Positions 53,651 through 64,000 of a DNA stretch of 64,000 nt are shown one piece after another. Both the position numbers and the translations under genes were made by a program. The DNA lies in the NCBI GenBank assembly GCA_028023455.1, contig JAQFVV010000001.1, positions 6,820,001 to 6,884,000 on the forward strand, written 5' to 3'. The stretch is from Epiperipatus broadwayi (Eukaryota > Animalia > Onychophora). Below the pieces are notes generated by a model. That model was not told where the DNA came from and made no database searches. It worked only from the letters and a program-made list of their open reading frames with translations. Each line of letters starts with the position of its first letter. Position 1 is the stretch's first letter.

Positions 53651-56289
53651 CTGTAATTATTCCTAAAAACATACTTTAAATGGAAATAAAGAAAGATCAT
53701 ATATATTTTATTGATATGTTGATGGTTCCCCCTGAGGATTAATAGAAGATTAAAAAGGATTGATTATAAGTCAATGCATTCCAAGGAATTGATTGGAAAT
53801 TGGTGAACAACTTGACAGATATATTTCTCAATATTTTATTTCTTTTTTTTTATTTAAATATAAATTAAAACAAATAATAAAAAGAACTGTAGTTTAATAA
53901 TTTTACATATTGTTAATGAATGAAAAAAAATTGCATATCAGATTCTAAAATCAGTAATTTAAATATGCATGTCACACTCAGTTGTATTCTAAGTTATATT
54001 GGTGTTATGTATGTACATGAATTTTAGTATCAATAAATACATTTAGACAATTCCATATTTAGCACTTTTATGCATTTATCACTATCATTGAATGATTAAA
54101 GTTTTGATTTTTTTTTTCTTTGTGATAAATCTCAACAGATTGATAAATTATTGTACTATGATTCCTATTAATCAGTAGTAACTATTACATATAGTATTCT
54201 TCTTACAGTTATATACAAAACTAAGAATTTTGATTTTCAATTTTTAAAACATATCAGATTCTTCTCAATTTAATTAAGTATTGAAATTGTAAACAAACAA
54301 CATTTCTGTTCACTTGGATGAAATAACTATGGCAGAATCATTGTTTTAATGGTCTTCATTTATTATTATAATTGCAGGGGCAAAAAAAACAATAACAAAT
54401 AATTTTTTAATTACAAACAATTTTGTTTTGAAAAAAAATTTTTAAAACATGAAGTTCCTATTTTAAATATTACTGCAGTTTCTTGATAGAATTAACAAAA
54501 AAATATTTTCATCTTGCTGAAACAAAAAATTACTGCTTGAATAATGCATTTGTTTTACACAGGCAGCATTTGGTTAATAAAAATATTAAATTTCATATTT
54601 TAAATTATGCACTAAAACAAAAAATATCAATCCCCTAGTTTTGGATAATTGCCCTTTTTTCACAATTATGTGATAACTTGTTTACAATAACATTTAATTG
54701 AACTTTTTAATATAATTATAAAATTTTCTTCTTGAAAGTAACAAAGAAAGACAAATAATGAAAATTTAAAAACCATATTTTATTTTGACTAATATATATT
54801 ATAAATTTAAAAATGTTCAAATAAAATTGACTTTCATTAATTTTTGTTAATTTGAATGTAATACTGAAATTGAAATACATAATATTCCTAATCATACTAT
54901 TTTATTATACAATAATCACTTTTAAAAAAAGATTCAATGTTTGCTTTAAAAATTTTGGTAGTTTATACCATCATGAATAGACCAGACAACTATGTGTGCT
55001 TGATATATACCCAAAATAGGTTTTGCTTTCCCAGAAAATTCATGAAAATAAAGAAAAATTAGGAATTTAAAATTTTATATACAATAAAGGGATTCACTAA
55101 ATTTTGGGATGATTAAAAATCTCCATAAAAGTTCCCCATAAAAATAATTTTTTATGTTTACTTAATTCATATCTAGTTGAAGTTGATTTTTAAAAAAATG
55201 CTAAAATAATATATATGAGAACATAACAATTTATGAATTATAGAAAATAATTTTGAACTGAAAATAATAAATATTGTTGCCACTTCATCAGGCGCAGCAG
55301 CTCAAATAGAAATTTTTTATATTTATTTATTTTTGTTATATACTGCTACAAAATAAATTTACAAACATTTTATAAGGGTTCTTTTTGCACAATAAATAAT
55401 TACATGAAGATTAAAGCATGTTTTACTCAGGTCAACACCCAAAAATTTTTCTTTAACAGTGTAATTCCTCATTATTAATATTACCTAAATGATGCAAAGA
55501 AATCTAAGAAAAAAAATTTTCCCCTGTAAAAGATCAAATGTAAAAAGATTAAGAACTACTAATAAAATCAACTTACCCCATGGATTAAAGGTGCCTAAAA
55601 AAAATGATGTATTTTACTGTTGAGCTAAATAAAATAAAAAAAGCAATAAAACTGTGCATAGATTTTATAAAAACAAAATATATATTGAGATGCCATCTCA
55701 TATGTAAATATATATATATTTAATTTCGTAGTTAGTTTAGTTATTTTATTAGTTTATAAGGAGAATTCTATAAAAATATATACAAAACTAACTTATATTT
55801 AATCTATTATAAGTTGTTTTTTTTTATCTCATTAAGAAATCAGACTTACAAGTTTAATTTCAGTTCAAGATCATTTTTATTAAAAAAAATTTAAAATTCT
55901 AAGAAAAAAGATGGGATGGAGGGAAATTTGAAACGGTTACAATTAAACTCTATTGTTGAAACTAAATCTAAATACCAATTTGTAATTAAAAGTAATGTAA
56001 GAATCTATCTGTTATATATTTCATTAATTAATTAAGAACCTTTAAAATTAAAAATTCCGAAAAAGAATAAAGGACAGATTTTTAAGTGGCAAATTTTTGC
56101 TGAAAATAATCCAAAAGGTGAGAATCCTGTTTATAAAATAAAATTAATTAAAAGTGCAGAGAAAGGCGAGTGGGGGGATTGAAAAAAAAGTATAAATAAA
56201 TTACAAAGATCTTCTTTTGTTTGGATTATTCAGAAAGATTATTATTAAAATTTTTATTGAAAGTTATTGCTGTAAGTTGCTATGAAAAT

Positions 56290-56530
56290 GTTCTCCAGCT
56301 AGAAAGAATCAAGGACTTCTTTTCCAGGGAAAACCGTCTTCCTAGCCACACCTGATGTATGCCGAGCAACTTCCACCTCTGGAAAAGTGTGAATCCAACC
56401 AGCTAGCCAAGGATATTTCAAGAAAAAGGAAGATTCAGGTGATTCATGCAAGAAACTACTGAAAAATGTCAACCCATGGATTGTACCCTTCTGAATAAAT
56501 TTGATGGACTGATAGCTGTCCAGTATTTGG
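56290..56530 (+). pseudogene. Decayed CR1/L2-like LINE 3' fragment
   Basis: Across frameshifts QLERIKDFFSRE / LMYAEQLPPLEKC / NPW resemble LExxQxxFTxxI...LxYxERL...LExRR...WNxLP. Confidence 0.4.
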
Positions 56531-59090
56531 GAAATGGATTGTTGACACTAATTTAATTCATTAATATAACAGCTGATTAACAAGTAAATATTATAAACTG
56601 TTTATAAAGTGAACTTTACTACGGTAATATGGTGAAAGACAAATATAGACCCAATCAGTTATGATTTATGTGTATAAAATATTTTAGACTATAAATATTT
56701 CAACAATAGAGTGTATGGTTACTTTGAATAATCTATTCAGTAAAGTAGAACTTAGAATATAATGATTATTCATTAATTTTTGCATAATTTTGGAAGGAGT
56801 AGGTTTTTATATTTCTTTCTTTTTATCTTTGTTATACTTATGAGTATGTAGATTTTGGTTTCACGAATGTGAAATGCTCAACTGTGGAGAGATAAAAAAA
56901 ATAGGTTAAAGTCAGTTTAAATTACAGCCATAAGACCCAAAGACCCTTATGCCGTAATTAGATATGTAAAAGTAAAATAGATGGACATAAGACATAAACA
57001 CTTATGGCGTCATTTTCTGGTTAAGATTAATTTATTTAACATTAATAGTGTAAAGGTTTTGGGTTAAGCTATATACAGTTAACTCATTTGTATAATATGC
57101 CATCTTTCACTCCTATTTGGACAGGAGGCCATCCAGAATATTGGATCCTAGTCATGTCATAGGCTTGTTGGTGGAGGTGTATTTTCCTTGCGAAAGATAA
57201 TTATAATCTTAGAATAGGTTATCGTTAAACTATTGGTAAATGATTACACTAATTGGAAAGTATTTTATTTTAAAATAAATAGAATCATTTCACATTGTGT
57301 TTAGATGTGATAGGAAAGGAAAAGGGAAAAATGTATAATAAAGATAATTATATACTCATACTTGCATGTCTGTGGTTATTTTAGTATATAGCTATAATAT
57401 TGAAAACAATTGCGTCCTCTGGAGAAAAAGTTTACCGGAATTATTAGTCTATGAAAGATGACGCTATAAAAAATTATGTGGCAGTGTTTCATATATAAAT
57501 AAATACTATGATCATTGAATAATTCTTCTCTGTCTAATGCTAGACTATCCGCCTAGTGGCACCCTTGTACCGGCTACTATATATCTTAGTAACCTTAGTA
57601 GTTTGGCGGTTCTAAAGCATTTTGTACCACCACAATATATATGCAAATATATATAAGGAAAACAAAACTGTTGAAAAATAAATCTTTAATAAATATCACA
57701 TAAAACTACAGTATTATAAATGACTTATATATATATATATCTTATATGGAAAAAAGATAAGCTTTTACAAAAAGATGAAAGTCAGCTTGATTCCTTGTTT
57801 TTCTTCTTATATGCATTGACTTCTTTCTAAAAACAAACATAAATGAATATAAACATAAGTAAAAAAAAAAAAAAATTATACAAATAGACAGCAACCTTTA
57901 ACAATAGTCAATATAATTGTTTTAGAAATGATATAAATAATAGGTAAAAGCAAAGTAAATTGATTCTAATTTATTTGAGATAATTCATGATTACTGAAAT
58001 TATAAATCTAATTATAGAAATTGTTTTTTTTTTCCAAAGCTTTTATAATTCATTACAATATTTGTATTTCATAAATAAATAAATATATTAAATTATATGT
58101 GTACATTAATACACACTATGCATATACTATATATTTTTATAAATTTATCCAAAAAAAATATCATAAAAGCTCTATATAAAACTGTCAAGCATATAAGGAA
58201 AGAAAATGAATTATGGTTTATTTCTTTAAGATAATATCTTTATTCATATATCTTAGTTAACATTATAAATTATAAGAGAAATATTAGTAATAGATAAAAG
58301 TGTGTAGGTGAGATACCTAGAAACCTTATAATACTAAGTTATATAAACATACAGAAAAATTTATATATTAGGTCAAACAAGAGAATTGCATATTAAATTA
58401 ATATATTCAAAATAAATTTTTTATTAAATTTATGATATTTATTTATCATCACAGAAATGGGATAATATAATTCCAATAATGAAACTGTAACAAAATATAC
58501 TGCAAAAAAAATCTCAGTTTCAAGACAATATCTACTAACTCAATTTACACTTTCTGCATTTATTATGGTGTTAGATTTGTCTTCCAGCAGTAATTAATTT
58601 GTTTAATGATTTTATAGCCTATAACCAAGAAAACTTTTAGACAGATAATATAAAAGAAATTTATCATGTTTTGAAATATTTTTGTAATTAGCATAAGTTC
58701 TATAAAGATTAACTTGAAGAAGTGAATTTTAACTTCCACACTATTTCTAAATTGCTGTAGTCTTAATTTGCAGAAATTTTTGTTTTCCTGCAATAATCAT
58801 TACCATTATTTGTTATCTGTTTCTTGTTTAAGGTAATTATAAAACCATGAGTTAAAGGCTCATAAAAGTATGACCTGATAAAGGATGAACTATATTACAA
58901 TTTTATTTTTATTTTTACAGATTGTATATCAACATTTACCTGACCCACTCAGATTAATTGAGATCTTTAATAAAAGCTAGATAGCCATTTTCTGATCAAT
59001 AATAGATGGCTAGCTGGATTTGTTATGAACAGATTTCCTGAAACAATAATTATAAGCTTACTTGTGAACTGAACAAATGTTTATGGTTTA

Positions 59091-59161
59091 TCTGGCCTGC
59101 ATTTGAATCTGAGATCAAGAATATGGCAGACAGATGTGCTTACTACTATACCATGAAGAGC
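59091..59161 (-). other. Degenerate tRNA(Gly-GCC)-like sequence, probably a SINE head or tRNA pseudogene
   Basis: Minus strand GCTCTTCATGGTATAGTAGTAAGCACATCTGTCTGCCATATTCTTGATCTCAGATTCAAATGCAGGCCAGA: A-box-like TGGTATAGTAG, CTGCCA anticodon loop, decayed B box; stems do not close cleanly. Confidence 0.4.
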
Positions 59162-60721
59162 TGTTTTAGATACTTTCCATAATTCACTTTAAACTATTTC
59201 CCCTCTTTTTTTATTTCCTAACTATTCCTTATCTGAAACCTTCTATTTTTTTTCCTCCTTTCTTTTAGTCTTTTTTTTTTTCATAGTTCCCTTTTTGTAT
59301 TTCTAATTATCCTTATGACACTAAGATTTTTCTACCCCTTCGTAATTTCTTGAGAATTTTTCTTTTTTTTTCCATTTACTCTCTCAGTAACTAAACAATC
59401 CTAATCTTATTAACCAATTAATATATCTAACTTCCTCTAAACTTATATTGCAAAAATATTGTCACTATATCTACCTCTTAAAGATTCAAGTTTGTTCTCT
59501 AAATAAAGCAAGACTTCACACAAAACATTTTACAAATTTTTATTACTTACAAATTCAATGATCCAAAGCAATTATGATTTATTTATTAGAACCAGTTTAG
59601 ACATTCCATGTATATTTTAATTTCTTTCTTATTTCCTCATTATCTTATATAAAAAATTCGTATTTACTCGGATGTCTGATTGGTGAATATATGTTCAGTG
59701 TCACTTTTCAAATTCATAACCACTATGTTTAAGCAAAAAAAAAATTCCACCATTAAATAAAAACTACTGAGAAAAAAATTCAGTAAAAGTGCTTTTAACT
59801 ACAGAAATATAATATATATTTTACGGTAAAGATTCCCAGCCAGCTGCAGAAACAGCTACAAATGCCAATTCATAATTTGACATTAAGACACTCCTTGCTT
59901 TCATGGCCTGTCAATCCCCTAATATAGTTCAGATAAATGATATACTTAGATTAGTTGTGATGCTATCAAAAAATCAGGGGGGGGGGGGTTTAAATTTTTC
60001 ATTCAGAGGCACTCCAGTAAATATATATTTGCTTCTTAATATTCTTAAATATAATAGGTATATTTAAAAATGTAAATTTTAAATTAGCTTTATTAAAATT
60101 TGGAAATTTATTTATATAATAGTAAAATGTTTTATTTAATTTACATTAAACCTTTTTTAAAAAATGTGTTAAAGCAACCAATTATTACAAAAACAATAGA
60201 TTGAAAGCCCTAAGTTTTTGTATTCTGCCATAACAACAGTCTTTCAGACCATGTACAATTTTCACATTTAAAATCTTTCGTTTAATCTATATTAAATCTT
60301 TAAAAAAAATTTGCTAAAGCAACCAATTAAAAAAAAAACACAGGCCTTTATAAGACTAGGTGCATCTGGTTATTTAATAAACTTTGCAAATATTTTAAAA
60401 CATTAGTCTTTTCTACAATATTCTTCTTAATTATCAAACTTAATTTTTTGGTTTTTAATCAACTGATGTTGAATTTATGTTCTCCATTAAAAAAGAAGTG
60501 TTTCAAGTCAAAAATATCTGACAGTATCAGGTGCCTGAAAATTATTATTTCTTCTGTTAGAATAAAGATTGCCAATAAATAAAAAATATATAAATTACAT
60601 AAGATTACAAAAAAAATCAAGTCAGATGTCACATGATCTAATTTAATAAACATGTATTTACAAAGGTTATATATAGAGCTCGCAAAATAAGCACTTAACA
60701 AGATTTGCAGAATATTCCCAA

Positions 60722-60759
60722 CCCCAGGCCGGTTTCTGCTACTGGCATCGTCAGTGAGG
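60722..60759 (-). ncRNA. Hammerhead, family B, probably inactive (GTC to GCC)
   Basis: Minus strand: CCTCA CTGACGA TGC cagta GCA GAAAC CG GCC TGGGG. Confidence 0.6.
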
Positions 60760-61060
60760 TGCTAGGATATTCAAGCATTAGATTAAAAATACTAGGAGGA
60801 AGCCCACCACTTTATCTAATGTATAACTATTAAATTTTATTTTTTGCTATTAAGGCTTTGGCGATTTTATATTGCTAAAGCTATTAATATATGGTGTATC
60901 TGAACTTAGTTCAGTCCCATATCGCTATTTAAGTTAGATAGCTGGATTAGAAGACATATGGATGTCTTAAAATTTCAGATTTTCTACTTAATAGTTATAC
61001 ATTAGACAAAGTGGTGGGCTTCTCCTGGTATTTTTCATCTAATGCTTGAATATGCTAGCA

Positions 61061-61098
61061 CCTCACTGATGATGTCAGTAGCAGAAACTGGTCTGGGG
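61061..61098 (+). ncRNA. Minimal type I hammerhead ribozyme, family B
   Basis: CCTCA CTGATGA TGT cagta GCA GAAAC TG GTC/ TGGGG; core and GUC intact, but stem II opens with U-A rather than the usual G-C. Confidence 0.7.
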
Positions 61099-64000
61099 TT
61101 GGGAATATTCTGCAAAGCTTGTTAAAAGCTTATTTTGCTAGATCTATATATAAATTACATAAGATATACCATTAAAACATTGTGTGTACATGAGAATTAG
61201 CATATATATATATATATGAAACTTTTTGAAAGAACTAACCAAATGTAGATGAATACTATGATAATCATATAAAAATCTGAATTTTTTTTAATACAAATAT
61301 TTTTTGTCACATTTTGTTTTCAATCAATTTTCTTAGTAATTAATAACAAATTGTAACCATTAATGATAAAGAAATTATTAGAAAGAATCTAATAATATAT
61401 CTGAAACATTGTGAATTATGAGAATAGTCACAACTGACAAAAAACAAACAGATTCAGATATATTTCTAAAAAGAAAAAAAAGAGAAGTAAAAAAGATAGC
61501 ATTAAAGATAAGGCAAAATGCAACAATCTATGTATCTCTACATTAATTCATTCTGATAATGAGATAGAATATTACTTAGAATGTCTCATCAGATTTGGAA
61601 AATAAAAGAAATAGAATGATAAAAAATTGAAATATTGAAAAAAAAAATATCGATAATAAAATAATATAGAAGATAAAGAAACTCAAGTTATAATTACATT
61701 TTAATCTGAATATAGTTTATAATAAAATGATTTACAATCAAAGAGAAAGACAATCCAATATGACACATTGACTAATAAGATAACTCCAACTAAATTTATT
61801 AATGAGACCACCATCAAAGGCTTTATTAAGCAGTTATTGAAGATAAAGAATTCACAGTGTTCCATAATTTGTTTTTATATTATAGAATTAAGAAAGACAA
61901 AGTTCTGATCCTCAACCTACCTATAGATAAATATCTAGATATATTAGAAAGCAAAAAGATATTTCATATAACATAATATATATATTATTATTACTTGCAT
62001 GGGAATTCTTAACACTCAAAGATAACCCAAATAAGAAAGAATTTATTTAGAAAATACATTAAAAATATTAACAATAAAAAAAATCTCTATGTTATAAAAG
62101 TTATGACCTATAGCGGAAATAAAAATTTATCTCCATTCTTATTGCAATATTTAAAACAAGAATGAGGTAAAAATAATGAAAAAAAACTACCTCTGTGTAT
62201 CAAATGTTTATGAATATATAACAAAATGAAAACTAAAAATAAATAAATCACTCAATAAAATCCCATAGAATCTGGTTAAAATTTCTAAACTTTAACAATT
62301 TTAAAGAGAAGGAGAATCCCATTTTAAGTGGAAAAATTTTGCCATATAGTAACAGAATATTTCAATAGTACATATAATAATAATTGCTACACTGTTAACA
62401 TGCAAAACAAAAATTCATGAATTAATATAAACAAAAAATCATGAATTGATATAATGACATAAAAGAAAGTATAAAGTTTCAAAACAATAAAGTAAGACAA
62501 TTCTGCTTTCAAGTCAAATACTAAAATAACTAATGAAGTTTTGCATGTGAAAAAAAATATATATTAGGAACTACTAAACAGTAAATGACATGTATGTATA
62601 TCACAGGAAAATAGTGATTTCTATGTAATAGTTTGTCATCAGTAATTAAGATAAAACTTAGGAATTCACAAAATAAAAATACAAAAGTTTTTTGTTGTTT
62701 TTTTTTAAAAAAAATCGATACATGTAAAATTTTAAAATAATATCTAACTTATAAGAAAGAACACAAAGATAATTGTACTATAAAAAATAATGAAAATAAT
62801 GAATTTGCTAAAGTTTTTATCAAGCTAAAAAAATATTCTAGAGATGATCAACATATAAAATGAAAACAAAAACACAAAAGAAAGTAATGTATCTATTTGA
62901 CAAACAGATTTAATACTATAATTTGAGAATGTTTTTTTTAAAAAAGAAGGATAAATTATAAGGTTACTGCTGATCAAACATATATGTACAAACATTAGAA
63001 TTATAAATAAATTACATAGTATAGAAATATTAATTTAATCTAATATTTAATAAAGTATTTTCAAATATAAGAATGTAAAAATATCATACAATTAAATAAT
63101 AATAACAATAATCTAGCAAGAATATCACAAATATTACAAAAATTAACTAATACAAATTACAAACAGAATAAAGTAATGAAAATAATTCATATCATAAGAA
63201 ATTATTAACTCATCAAAAACACTCAGCATCTCAACCATAAAATCAAAATCAATTCCATTTGTAAAACACTTGTGTCATTTAATCAGTATAAATAATAAAA
63301 ACTCACAAAAATATGACATTTAAGAAGAGTTACAAGATGGAAAAAAAGACTTAAGTTGATATATTTAAAATAACAATAATGCAAGCAATATGGCAGTGCA
63401 GTAGATAGAGGAAATTAATTTATTGCAGTAAATTAGTATTAATATTAAATCAAATAACATTTTATGAGTATGCAAATACAGAAAAAAAGCTCAAATAAAA
63501 AATACTCATTAGCAATATGGTATTGTCATAAAGTAATTTTTATTCATAGTCTTAATAACAAATAAGAATTTTTTATGCAATAGAAAATAATTAAAATTTA
63601 GAAGTACTTCAAAAAAAAAAAAAAGCTCCAAATTTTAAAATTAAGTAAAATTCAACTTATTTACACACATATACAAATATATCTATATATTGTTAGTGAA
63701 CAAGAAAACAATAAGGAAAAAAAAAGTTTGAATATTATTACTAATAATAATAATCAATGTAAACTAAGCTCAAAAAATACATGTAATATATATTAAAGAA
63801 TTACCTCAAAGACATTTAAAATGTGTTCGTTTAAAGTTATAGAATCACTAAGAGCCTTTCTTAAAATATCTAAAGCAGATGGACCTAAAATCAGACATAT
63901 ATATATAATTCAATTTTATTATTATAAAAAATGGGGGAGGGGGTTTAAATCTATATAATATGTTTCTACAATTTGTAACTAAATCTCACTCAAACATACA

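Larger units (their letters stand above)
60606..61145. mobile_element. Family-B hammerhead-bearing inverted-repeat PLE derivative, copy 2 (diverged subfamily)
   Basis: Arms about 60669-60833 and 60988-61151, tail 60606-60668, 20-bp direct repeat ATATATAAATTACATAAGAT at 60586-60605 and 61146-61165. Confidence 0.88.

Noticed and set aside
56299-56547. 82-codon stop-free minus-strand frame as a terminal exon
   Set aside because: The plus strand shows CR1/L2-like RT tail motifs, so this is more likely an antisense shadow.

Overview
Very AT-rich, CpG-poor eukaryotic (probably metazoan) DNA that is mostly intron and intergenic sequence full of transposon remains. One host gene can be reconstructed by eye on +: a TMEM272-like membrane protein with four visible exons (457-516, a 24-nt micro-exon 14202-14225, 22219-22413, 38021-38202) and 8-16 kb introns; its 5' end lies left of the window. 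Its first visible intron holds a 4.4-kb antisense L1/Tx1-type LINE (2131-6494) with a poly(A) tail, a perfect 13-bp TSD and two frameshifts. The most striking signal is a set of minimal type I hammerhead ribozymes in Penelope-like (PLE) terminal repeats, in two sequence families. Three short elements (29804-30255, 41861-42450, 60606-61145) share one architecture: direct-repeat TSD, a 50-60 nt one-sided tail, and two outward-facing hammerhead-bearing arms forming a long hairpin. A fourth (53057-53650) has two direct hammerhead repeats 453 nt apart around a PLE RT fragment. Also present: two copies of a 1.3-kb TIR element with internal telomere-like repeats, a pure (AAT)~172 tract, and decayed Merlin, Penelope, Gypsy and CR1-like fragments. 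All alignments and folds were done by eye; no database search was run.
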